A DNA stretch of 53,458 bases from Bacillales bacterium (GTDB lineage Bacteria > Bacillota > Bacilli > Bacillales > DASSOY01), in assembly GCA_036381575.1 (NCBI GenBank), contig DASVCO010000044.1:1-53458 (forward strand), given 5' to 3'. The notes under the pieces are model-generated. The model was not told the DNA's origin and did no database searches. It saw only the letters and a list, made by a program, of their open reading frames with translations. A program made the translations under genes and the position numbers. Numbering within the stretch: the stretch's first letter is position 1; every line of letters starts with the position of its first letter. Shown here in pieces: positions 40,218-48,727 of this stretch.

Positions 40218-40361
40218 TGCTTAAGAAATGGGTATAAAGACCTAATTTTATCTAATGAAACAGGAGCTTTCATCAGTATCCATTTCAACTACAACGTTTC
40301 GGTGTTCCCAGATAGCGTCATCACTGCAATCGTCAGCGGTGTTGAAAATTATTTTGAAGAC
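40218..40361 (+). pseudogene. Remnant of a second Amidase_3 gene (3' end with internal deletions)
   Basis: It encodes LRNG...AFISIHFN...ITAIVSGVENYFED, compared with yrvJ LRNAG...AFISIHYN...TTAIVDGVENYFEE. By my manual alignment, 40311-40360 matches 36401-36450 at 41 of 50 nt. Confidence 0.6.
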
Positions 40362-40453
40362 AAACAAAGCATACCGAAAACGGCACATCTTTATTTGTCT
40401 TCAAATCCGATTGCTTTAATTCTTGCTCTTTTCCATCATTTCTTTTTCTCCGA

Positions 40454-40754
40454 TTACGGTTGTTTCACAACCTCAATGTTAATAGCCTTTCTGACCTCGG
40501 GAGCTACATCCGTAACAAGATCCTTGTACCCTATTGTTACCTTAGTACCTTTATGAACCTTCATTTCAATGTTTGTATCTCCAATGTCAAACGCTGTACG
40601 TTGTTGTCACCGTAGGTAATTGTTATTTGATCACCGTTTTCCATTGTATCTTGCACAGTTCCAGTAACCTTCAAGGTAATCCGAATTTTTTGTTGGCAAC
40701 CTAATACCACCATAAGACACATCAAAAAAACTAAAAAGCTCCTCTTCTTTTCAT
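40454..40754 (-). pseudogene. Small lipoprotein gene disrupted by frameshifts
   Basis: GGTGGAGGCGAAGTG precedes the ATG. The reading MKRRGAF-stop shifts frame into FLVFLMCLMVVLGCQQKIRITLKVTGTV... (lipobox VLGC), and a second shift leads into ...IGDTNIEMKVHKGTKVTIGYKDLVTDVAPEVRKAINIEVVKQP. The 301-nt length is not a multiple of 3. Confidence 0.45.
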
Positions 40755-41089
40755 CACTTCGCCTCCACCGCTATAAAATTCACATCCTTATTCCGAATCC
40801 GCTTCAACCTGAGGCTTGCGAATGTGAGAATTGATCCATGCCAGAAGCACGACGCCTTTAATCCATAACCCTCCAACTACAAACAAAATTGAAACATCGG
40901 ACCCCGGATTTTACGTTAGGCGAGCCGGTTTAGGTATACTGTTAAAGCTGAATTAAAAGCCCAAAGGTTGACGGAATTTGCTGTCACCCCGAGGTTTAAT
41001 GATCCTTACGATAATGGCAGCGAGAATGATAAAGCCAAGGACCGCAAAAAAATTTTTTTATGTTGTCCGCTTCAATGCATATTCTCTCC

Positions 41090-41334
41090 AGGATTGATTT
41101 TAAACCAAGATCATTCCTTGCCTGCTCCCATGGTGTGAAGCCATCATCTGGATCATTTAATTGTTGGATTTCATCCTCTGTTAATGGCTCATCTTCAGTT
41201 TCTTTCGCCTTAATATCATCCTATCTTTTTCTTCGTTTTTCAATCAATGAAAAACATAAATTCATATATTGTTCTTTTGTCATCTCATCCATTTGGTCAA
41301 TGAGATCCCATAATTCATTGTCTTTTATGTGCAT
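41090..41334 (-). pseudogene. Antitoxin-like gene with an in-frame TAG, followed by a degenerate RelE/ParE-like remnant
   Basis: GAGGGT precedes the ATG. The reading is MHIKDNELWDLIDQMDEMTKEQYMNLCFSLIEKRRKR-TAG-DDIKAKETEDEPLTEDEIQQLNDPDDGFTPWEQARNDLGL. This C-terminal pattern is common in RelB/ParD-type antitoxins. The downstream reading frames are broken. Confidence 0.3.
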
Positions 41335-41466
41335 TTAAATACCCTCGTAACTTTTTTATTCATTGTACGTTTAAATGTCACTATTTTCAATTAAAATTCT
41401 GAATTGAGTTTTGAAAAATTCATTTAATGGAGGTTGGAATGGAAGACACTTCGATGTGCTGAACTC

Positions 41467-41812
41467 TTATAAGAAGATGGCTTTTAGCATCTCATGTAGG
41501 TCGGTCCTGGAGAGAATGCCTCGATATTTCTTTAAGGCGTCCGGGGTGATTCGGAGTATGCTGGATGTGTGGGATTTAATATATGACTATTTTCTTTAAT
41601 CCTGCCTGTTGCCAATCATGAACGGGAATTTTATATAGATCGTAATGTTTTGGAGGATCTTTCGGGGGTGTACCAGTCATCGGGGCTGCGATCAAAACGG
41701 TTGGGTTCTTTTCAATGTCAACTATGACGATGGGCCTTTCTTTTTTTCTGCCATCTCCTTCTTGATAAGCTACTTCAACTGAGTAAATTTCACCTATTGA
41801 ATAACTGCTCAT
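41467..41812 (-). pseudogene. MazF/PemK-like type II toxin gene with a frameshift
   Basis: The 78-aa ORF (GEIYSVEVAYQEGDGRKKERPIVIV...AGLKK) stops prematurely. Another frame continues with SILRITPDALKKYRGILSRTDLHEMLKAIFL, the expected PemK C-terminus. Confidence 0.5.
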
Positions 41813-41821
41813 TAGCTCACC

Positions 41822-42022
41822 CTACACATCGTAATCCTCATCTTCTCCAAACCACTCACGATGTTTCGGATTCTTGGGATCAAGTTGGATCACACCCTTT
41901 TTGACATTCAGGGTTTCGAATGACTTTCGAATTTGTTCAAGATCACCCTTAAGACCGGGATACTTTTCTGTAACGTGTGACTTCATTTTCTTTTCCTCCT
42001 TTTGGTTATGATTTTTATCCAT
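41822..42022 (-). CDS. Putative cognate antitoxin (small acidic-tailed protein)
   Basis: It lies 9 nt upstream of the toxin remnant. Two possible starts have a good SD: GGAGGCG before the ATG at 42022, and AAAGGAGGAAAAG before an internal ATG. I recognise no family. Confidence 0.4.
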   Translation of the reverse strand: MDKNHNQKEEKKMKSHVTEKYPGLKGDLEQIRKSFETLNVKKGVIQLDPKNPKHREWFGEDEDYDV

Positions 42023-42131
42023 AGAATATCGCCTCCACATCATTAATCTACACTGGATTGGTTGAAAGGATACTCAAATGGTGGACTTTAAATGATTGTA
42101 CCGTGATTTCATTTAATTTTCAATAAAAATA

Positions 42132-42156
42132 TAAAAAGTGACTGCCCACGGCAGCC
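42132..42156 (-). terminator. Terminator after dtd
   Basis: On the minus strand, GCTGCC-gtg-GGCAGT is followed by CACTTTTTATATTTTT. Confidence 0.5.
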
Positions 42157-42170
42157 GCATCTTACCATGC

Positions 42171-42611
42171 TTATTTACCTTCCACAATCAATGTCACCGG
42201 GCCGTCGTTGGTCAGATGGACATCCATCATGGCGCCGAATTGGCCGGTTTCCACAGTTACTCCTTTTTCACGCAAGATCTCGTTAAACAGTTCATACAGC
42301 TCTTCCGCTTCTTTCGGTTTGGCCGCCTCAACGAAACTTGGCCGCCTCCCTTTGCGGGTATCGCCGTACAACGTGAATTGAGACACCGACAGTACCGCTC
42401 CGCCGACATCAAGCAACGAAAGGTTCATTTTGCCCTGCTCGTCTTCGAAAATCCGCAAATTCGCTACTTTATCGGCCACATGCCGAATGTCTTCCGGCTC
42501 ATCTTCCTGCTTTATGCCGACAAGCAACATTAACCCGTGATCAATTTGGCCCACGGTTTCGCCTTCCACCTCTACGGAGGCTGTTTTTGACCGCTGGATT
42601 ACGACCTTCAT
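42171..42611 (-). CDS. dtd: D-aminoacyl-tRNA deacylase
   Basis: MKVVIQR...LLVGI...[30 protein letters not shown]...DGPVT are classic Dtd motifs. GGAGG precedes the ATG. Confidence 0.95.
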   Translation of the reverse strand: MKVVIQRSKTASVEVEGETVGQIDHGLMLLVGIKQEDEPEDIRHVADKVANLRIFEDEQGKMNLSLLDVGGAVLSVSQFTLYGDTRKGRRPSFVEAAKPKEAEELYELFNEILREKGVTVETGQFGAMMDVHLTNDGPVTLIVEGK

Positions 42612-42635
42612 CTATTTGGCCTCCTTGTTCCACTG

Positions 42636-42721
42636 TGATTGATTTTGATCGACTTTGATTGTTTCTGATCGTAAATGATTGTTTTTGATCGCAATTGATC
42701 GAATTTGAATGTTTTTGATCG
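42636..42721. repeat. Tandem 20-bp-period repeat containing five GATCG sites (relA-dtd intergenic)
   Basis: The 16-mer TGATTG(A/T)TT(T/C)TGATCG occurs at 42636, 42656 and 42676, with a variant TGAATGTTTTTGATCG at 42706 and an extra TTGATCG at 42695. GATCG occurs at 42647, 42667, 42687, 42697 and 42717. Confidence 0.85.
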
Positions 42722-42751
42722 TCTTTCGCTCATTTTTTACAGTTTAACATT

Positions 42752-44932
42752 TTATTGCGTCACCCGGCGAACCGTATAAATATCGGAAATACTCTTGATT
42801 TTCTCGACTACCCGTTGCAGGTGGTTGATGTTGTTGATCGCGATTGTCATATGAATCGTAGCCATCTTATTCCGATCCGTGTTGGCCGAGACGCCTCTGA
42901 TCATTGTTTTGGTTTCCGTAACCGAATGCAGCACTTCATTCAACAAGCCACTTCTATCAAAGCCGTGAATTTCAATGTAAACATTGTAGCTTTGGCGCTG
43001 CTGGTTAGTGCCTTCCCACTCCACTTCCAACAAACGATCCTTCTCATCGACGTTTTGGATATTCGGACAATCCTCTCGATGGACCGAAACCCCGCGCCCT
43101 TTTGTAATAAACCCAACAATTTCATCGCCTGGAACCGGATTACAACACTTGGACAAGCGGATCAACAAGTTGTCGGCTCCCTTGACACGAACTCCCGAGG
43201 CAGGCTTCTTCTTTGCTCCGTCCGGTTCCCCTTCAGGCGTCGCCTCCAACAAACGCTGTGCCGTTTTTTCCTGATCGAGCTTTTTGCGGATTTTCTCCGT
43301 CAGCCTTGTGACAACTTGCTTCGCCGACAGGCCGCTGTACCCGACAGCCGTATAAATCTCATTCTCACCTGAAAAATTATATTTTCTCGCGACGTTCTCG
43401 AGATTCTCCGGAGTCAGGATCTCTTTCGGATCGAAATCCTGATTTCTCAACTCTTGCTCAACCAGCTCGCGGCCCTTCTCGATATTTTCCTCCCGCTTCT
43501 GGCGCTTGAACCATTGGCGGATCTTATTCTTGGCCTGCGAGCTTTGCGTCACTTTCAACCAATCCCGGCTCGGGCCGTATGAATGCTTGGAAGTCAGGAT
43601 TTCCACAATGTCGCCGGTCTTCAATTTATAATCCAGCGGCACCATGTTCCCGTTTACTTTCGCGCCAACTGTCTGATTCCCGATTTCCGTATGAACTCGA
43701 TAGGCATAATCAATTGGAACCGAACCTGCCGGAAGCTCAAGTACGTCGCCTTTCGGTGAAAAGACAAACACCATGTCGGAAAACAGGTCCACTTTTAAAT
43801 TCTCCATGAACTCTTCCGCATCGTCCGTGTCGCTCTGCGATTCGAGAATTCCTCTGAACCATGACAATTTTTCTTCCAGAGGCATTTTCGCGTTAACTTT
43901 CTTTCCTTCTTTATAAGCCCAGTGAGCAGCAATCCCGTATTCAGCAACCTTGTGCATGTCCTTCGTGCGGACCTGGACCTCAAGCGGATCACCTTTCGGC
44001 CCTACCACCGTTGTGTGCAAAGATTGATACATATTCTGTTTCGGCATCGCGATATAATCTTTGAAGCGCCCTGGCATCGGCTTCCAGCGTGTATGGATGA
44101 TTCCCAACACTGCGTAACAATCCTTTATGCTGTTCACGAGGATACGAACTGCGAGCAAATCATAAATCTCGTTAAAAGGTTTATTTTGAATGACCATTTT
44201 GCGGTAAATGCTGTATAGATGCTTCGGCCGTCCGTATATCTCCGCTTCAATGTTGACATCAGCCAAACGACCCTTGATGTCTTGAATCACATCGTCAATA
44301 ACCGACTCTCGTTCCGTTCGTTTCTTCTTCATTAAATTTACGATACGGTAATACTGTTGCGGATTCAGATAACGCAAGGAAATGTCCTCAAGCTCCCACT
44401 TGATTGTGGAAATACCGAGCCGGTGAGCGAGCGGAGCAAAGATTTCAAGTGTTTCATTGGCCTTCTGGAATTGCTTGTCCTTCGGCATATATTTCAACGT
44501 CCGCATATTATGAAGGCGGTCCGCCAACTTAATCAGAATACAGCGGATATCCTGGGCCATAGCCACGAACATCTTGCGATGGTTTTCCGCCTGCTGTTCT
44601 TCTTTCGATTTGAACTCAAACTTCCTCAGTTTTGTCACACCATCTACCAGCATGGCCGTCTCTTCACCGAAAGCTTCCTTCAAGTCTTCAAGGGTGACCT
44701 CCGTATCTTCGACGACATCATGGAGAAACCCTGCAGCCACCGAGGTCGCATCCATCTCCAGTCCAACCAGAATACTCGCGACTTCAATGGGATGGGTAAT
44801 ATAAGGCACACCCGACTTTCGAGTCTGTCCCTCGTGCGCATCTTTGGCGTAATGATAGGCTTTATCTAAAAAAGAAAGCTCATCTTCGGAAAGATAGCCC
44901 TTCGCTTGTTCAAGCAATTCTTCAATTGCCAT
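42752..44932 (-). CDS. relA: Bifunctional (p)ppGpp synthetase/hydrolase
   Basis: HD domain (YITHPIEVA, HDVVEDT), synthetase domain (YRSLHTTV-type QSLHTTVVGP, EVQVRT), and TGS and ACT regions. The start is taken at the ATG at 44932 (MAIEELL). Confidence 0.95.
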   Translation of the reverse strand: MAIEELLEQAKGYLSEDELSFLDKAYHYAKDAHEGQTRKSGVPYITHPIEVASILVGLEMDATSVAAGFLHDVVEDTEVTLEDLKEAFGEETAMLVDGVTKLRKFEFKSKEEQQAENHRKMFVAMAQDIRCILIKLADRLHNMRTLKYMPKDKQFQKANETLEIFAPLAHRLGISTIKWELEDISLRYLNPQQYYRIVNLMKKKRTERESVIDDVIQDIKGRLADVNIEAEIYGRPKHLYSIYRKMVIQNKPFNEIYDLLAVRILVNSIKDCYAVLGIIHTRWKPMPGRFKDYIAMPKQNMYQSLHTTVVGPKGDPLEVQVRTKDMHKVAEYGIAAHWAYKEGKKVNAKMPLEEKLSWFRGILESQSDTDDAEEFMENLKVDLFSDMVFVFSPKGDVLELPAGSVPIDYAYRVHTEIGNQTVGAKVNGNMVPLDYKLKTGDIVEILTSKHSYGPSRDWLKVTQSSQAKNKIRQWFKRQKREENIEKGRELVEQELRNQDFDPKEILTPENLENVARKYNFSGENEIYTAVGYSGLSAKQVVTRLTEKIRKKLDQEKTAQRLLEATPEGEPDGAKKKPASGVRVKGADNLLIRLSKCCNPVPGDEIVGFITKGRGVSVHREDCPNIQNVDEKDRLLEVEWEGTNQQRQSYNVYIEIHGFDRSGLLNEVLHSVTETKTMIRGVSANTDRNKMATIHMTIAINNINHLQRVVEKIKSISDIYTVRRVTQ

Positions 44933-45069
44933 AAAATCACCTGAATTCATAGGATGGTTGCCGCTGACGATGTCGAAAAAAATTTGATTTTATCCGATTC
45001 GCCGCAGAACATTTATATAACTTCATTCCGGCAGAGCCTTGCCCTGCAGACTTAATGTCAGATGTGTCT

Positions 45070-45098
45070 ATTATCTTTAAAAAAGGGGAAATTGTAAA
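45070..45098 (-). promoter_or_regulatory. Candidate sigma-A promoter for relA
   Basis: On the minus strand, TTTACA-17 nt-GATAAT, about 130 nt upstream of the relA start and downstream of the apt terminator. Confidence 0.4.
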
Positions 45099-45162
45099 GC
45101 GAAATGCGAATTTTGTCACCTCATCCCCACAATTCGAACGGTGAGCCTTGCAATTATTGAGG

Positions 45163-45190
45163 AAAAAAAGCGCCTGCACTCAGCAGGCAC
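45163..45190 (-). terminator. Terminator after apt
   Basis: On the minus strand, GCCTGC-tgagt-GCAGGC is followed by GCTTTTTTT. Confidence 0.65.
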
Positions 45191-45198
45191 CCGTTTCT

Positions 45199-45714
45199 CT
45201 ATTCATATTGCATGAGCGTAAAGGTATCGTAGCCCTCTACCATTTTTCGCCCGTTTAGATACTTCAACTCAATCATGAAGGCGCATCCTACTACAATGCC
45301 GCCCAATTGTTCCACAAGCTTGATCGTGGCACCGGCAGTCCCCCCTGTCGCGAGCAAATCATCAACGACAAGCACACGCTGCCCCGGCTTAATGGCATCT
45401 TTATGCATAGTCAAAATATTTTTCCCGTATTCCAGGCCGTAATCGGTTTGGATAACTTCACGAGGCAATTTACCAGCTTTGCGGACAGGCACAAATCCGA
45501 CTCCAAGCGCATAAGACAGCGGGCATCCGACAATAAAACCACGCGCCTCAGGGCCGGCGATAATATCAATTTCCTTATCCTTGGCATATTCCTCCATCTC
45601 GCCGATGGCCTCGCGAAACGCGTGGCCGTCTTGCATCAAAGGCGTAAGATCCTTGAAACTGACCCCCTCACTCGGGAAATTCTCGACAATCGAAATATAA
45701 TCTTTATAGTTCAT
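45199..45714 (-). CDS. apt: Adenine phosphoribosyltransferase
   Basis: FKDLTPL, GPEARGF and the PRPP motif [13 protein letters not shown]. Confidence 0.95.
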   Translation of the reverse strand: MNYKDYISIVENFPSEGVSFKDLTPLMQDGHAFREAIGEMEEYAKDKEIDIIAGPEARGFIVGCPLSYALGVGFVPVRKAGKLPREVIQTDYGLEYGKNILTMHKDAIKPGQRVLVVDDLLATGGTAGATIKLVEQLGGIVVGCAFMIELKYLNGRKMVEGYDTFTLMQYE

Positions 45715-48075
45715 TTAATTTACAGCTCCCTCAAGTGTTTGCAAATCTGAGTCCAAACGATCAAAATATTGTTTTAACGACGAATAAGAAGAATAGCAAA
45801 GTTCGTTTTCTAGTTCAGCCTGCCGCTGTCTATCACGATAAATACCGGAAGCAGTCAAATCCCGTTTTTCCGGGCTTTCCTGTAAAGTGACCATCCCATG
45901 ATCAATGTTGATAAAATTCAATTCCGCAAAAACTTCAGCCATGAACAAAACGGTTTCCTTTGACCAACCCTTCGCTTCGGCAAGACCTTGCGAATACCGA
46001 CTTAGGTCAAATGATTTTCTTTTCAAAAGAAAGGCATAAAACCATTTAAATTGCGCTCTGGACGGAACACCTGTGAAAAAATGCTCGTCCTGATGATGAA
46101 ATACCGCATAGATTCGATCAGGCATGGAATGTTCGGTAAACAAAGATTCCAGATGTTCTTTGTCATAAGGCAAATCCAGCAAAACGACGTAACGGCCTGA
46201 AAAATCAAGTTCATCTATCTGCTCGTTCGCAAGGCAAACACTCGGCTCTGCCCATTCGCTTATCTGTTCATCATCAAGGGTTTCTTTCCTGAAAGCAAGA
46301 AACAAAAGTTTTTCCTTCGGTAAGGAGGCAAACCGCTTCCTAAGGCCACGCCCGTTACGGCAATCGTACAACTGCCAATGCTTAACAGCTATGTCTTCCA
46401 ACATCAACTGCGGCTTACGAAAGCCATTCCATTCATTGATCTGCAGTTCCCCTACCGCTGAGAGCCTTGAAGTTGCGGCGATTTCATCAAGCAGATGACC
46501 GAATTGAAACCCGATGCCATCCAGCTGCCCGCCGTCCTCTTTCAAGACAATCTTCAAATGATTCCGGTCGCTGCCAATTTGTTTCATACTGCTGACAGGA
46601 GTATCCTCAATCAGAACTTTGGGCTTTGGATTGGCGGTACCGAAAGGTTCTAACCGCTGCAAATCCTCGATTAATTCCAGAGAAATATCCCTTACTTTGC
46701 AGGTTAAATCAATTTGATTAACCGGGATGAAATCTTCGGCGGTTAACCTTTGCTGTGCCTGGTGATTTAATCGTGCCCGCAATTCATCTACATTGTCGAT
46801 CTTGACGGTCATTCCAGCCGCCAAGGGATGGCCGCCGAAAGCCTCCATAAGATCCCGGCATTCAGAGAGATTTTCAAATATATCAAAACCCTCGATACTT
46901 CGTGCGGAGCCTTTAGCCACTCCCTTATCAGGATCTATTCCCATCACAATGACCGGCCTGCCGTAAAGATTGATCAGGCGTGAGGCCACAATACCAATCA
47001 CACCAGGATTCCATCCCTCTTTGGCAAGCACAAATACACTGTTCTCCTCAGGAGGGTATGTATTTTCAATTTCGGTGACAGCTTCCTCTGTGATATCTTT
47101 AACGAGCGCTTTCCTCTCACGGTTGATTCGATCAATATTTTTTGCAAGCTGTTCCGCTTCACCGGGTTCCTCTGCCAATAGCAATTGAACGGCAGGCTCC
47201 GCGGAATCAAGCCGGCCTGCAGCATTCAAACGGGGACCCAAAGCAAATCCTACATCTTCAGCGGAAAGCCTATGCCCGTCAACTCCGGAAACCTTCAACA
47301 GCGCCTGGATTCCGGGCTTGTCCGATCTTTCCAATGCCTTCAGGCCTCGAACCGCCAACAAACGATTTTCCTCCACCAACGGGACGAGATCAGCAATCGT
47401 TCCCAACACAACCAGATCAAGCAAATGTTCCGGTTCCCGGCCAAGCAAAGCATGGGCGACCTTTAAAGCAACACCCGCTCCGCACAGTTCCTTAAAAGGA
47501 TACATGCACCCCTTCTGATGCGGATTTACAATACTGTAGGCTTTCGGGAGAACCGGCGGAGGCTGGTGATGGTCGGTAATAATGAAATCCAATCCCATTT
47601 CACTCGCCGCAACAGCTTCATCCAGCGCGGAGATCCCGGTATCAACGGTCACTACAAGAGAAAATCCTTCTTCCTTCGCCTTTTGCAAAGCGGGTATGTT
47701 TGGACCGTAACCTTCCGTGAAACGATTTGGTATGTAATAATCCACCAATGCCCCGATTTCCTTTAACACTGTCACCATAACGGTTGTACTGCTGACACCG
47801 TCCGCATCATAATCTCCAAACACAAGAATCCGTTCATTGTTCAGGACAGCCGTCTTAATCCGGTCAACTGATTCGGCCATCCCTTTCATTAAGTACGGAT
47901 CATAGAAAGATTCCTTGGTTATATTCAAAAATCGCCTCGCCTGTTCTGCCGTTCGGATATTCCGATTTAACAGCAGTTGGGCCACGAGCGCGGAAGTCCC
48001 GATTTCTTCGGCAAGCCGCTCAGCTTCTCCGGATTCAGGATTTGAAACCTTCCATCTCGTTTTGGGCTTTAACAT
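45715..48075 (-). CDS. recJ: Single-stranded-DNA-specific exonuclease RecJ
   Basis: DHH motifs (VFGDYDADGVSST, VTVDTGI, IITDHH) and the DHHA1 GGHPLAAG. The stop abuts the apt start. Confidence 0.95.
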   Translation of the reverse strand: MLKPKTRWKVSNPESGEAERLAEEIGTSALVAQLLLNRNIRTAEQARRFLNITKESFYDPYLMKGMAESVDRIKTAVLNNERILVFGDYDADGVSSTTVMVTVLKEIGALVDYYIPNRFTEGYGPNIPALQKAKEEGFSLVVTVDTGISALDEAVAASEMGLDFIITDHHQPPPVLPKAYSIVNPHQKGCMYPFKELCGAGVALKVAHALLGREPEHLLDLVVLGTIADLVPLVEENRLLAVRGLKALERSDKPGIQALLKVSGVDGHRLSAEDVGFALGPRLNAAGRLDSAEPAVQLLLAEEPGEAEQLAKNIDRINRERKALVKDITEEAVTEIENTYPPEENSVFVLAKEGWNPGVIGIVASRLINLYGRPVIVMGIDPDKGVAKGSARSIEGFDIFENLSECRDLMEAFGGHPLAAGMTVKIDNVDELRARLNHQAQQRLTAEDFIPVNQIDLTCKVRDISLELIEDLQRLEPFGTANPKPKVLIEDTPVSSMKQIGSDRNHLKIVLKEDGGQLDGIGFQFGHLLDEIAATSRLSAVGELQINEWNGFRKPQLMLEDIAVKHWQLYDCRNGRGLRKRFASLPKEKLLFLAFRKETLDDEQISEWAEPSVCLANEQIDELDFSGRYVVLLDLPYDKEHLESLFTEHSMPDRIYAVFHHQDEHFFTGVPSRAQFKWFYAFLLKRKSFDLSRYSQGLAEAKGWSKETVLFMAEVFAELNFINIDHGMVTLQESPEKRDLTASGIYRDRQRQAELENELCYSSYSSLKQYFDRLDSDLQTLEGAVN

Positions 48076-48133
48076 TCAATCACCTCATGACCGTTCCATT
48101 ATACCCGAGACGGCCGAAAGCTCGCAATCATGG

Positions 48134-48535
48134 TCAAGGTGATTTTGTGGATTTTTTATTCTCTGTCTCCTGTCGATCCTCCTGCTGCTCAGCCTTTTCC
48201 CCTGGTAGTTCTTTATACGAAGTAGCCTCTACAGGTTCAGAAGCACTGTCAAATCCGGTTACATCTTCCGTAAACTTATCCAGCTCCGCTTCCAACTGTT
48301 GATTTTTCTTGACAAGCCTGCGGTTTTCCCGGCTTAGGCGAAATACGCGAAACATGCCAACTGCTCCCACAACCAAAGCTCCCAGAAGAGCAGATGCCAG
48401 AATCACAATAACCAGCGGCCAGCGAGAAGTCCCAAACAAATAATCGACGGTCACCGGCTCTACATTAATAACTGCAAAAATAGCCACAATCAGAGCAAAA
48501 ACCAAACCTAACAACAATCCCCATTGCCCTTTCAT
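48134..48535 (-). CDS. yrvD: LapA-domain (DUF1049) membrane protein with a coiled-coil/acidic tail
   Basis: Two TM segments (LLLGLVFALIVAIFAVINV and WPLVIVILASALLGALVVGAVGMF). AGGAGGG precedes the ATG at 48535. Synteny lies between recJ and secDF. Confidence 0.7.
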   Translation of the reverse strand: MKGQWGLLLGLVFALIVAIFAVINVEPVTVDYLFGTSRWPLVIVILASALLGALVVGAVGMFRVFRLSRENRRLVKKNQQLEAELDKFTEDVTGFDSASEPVEATSYKELPGEKAEQQEDRQETENKKSTKSP

Positions 48536-48696
48536 CCAATCCCTCCTGTTCCAGATGTCGAAAATCATATGCAAGTTCAAAAAGTGAACTTACCATAAGC
48601 ACTCCACAGCCTTCGAGACTGCTATTTAATCTGATATTCCAACACTTACATCAAAATCCTATATTATTATTTTACCTTAAACGTTGTAAACCAAAC

Positions 48697-48725
48697 CAAA
48701 ACCCGCAGACGAGCCGCGGGATTTT
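48697..48725 (-). terminator. Weak terminator after secF
   Basis: On the minus strand, CCCGC-9 nt-GCGGG is followed by TTTTGGTTTGG. The stem is short. Confidence 0.35.
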
Positions 48726-48727
48726 AA

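Noticed and set aside
40197-40556. 119-aa plus-strand ORF in the island
   Set aside because: It is a composite artefact. Its first part reads through a decayed amidase 3' remnant, and its second part is antisense to a frameshifted lipoprotein pseudogene. It has no SD.
42636-42721. Possible CRISPR array (regularly spaced repeats)
   Set aside because: The period is only 20 bp with essentially no spacers. The units are 16-mers of low complexity, and no cas genes or leader are present. I reported it as a tandem repeat.
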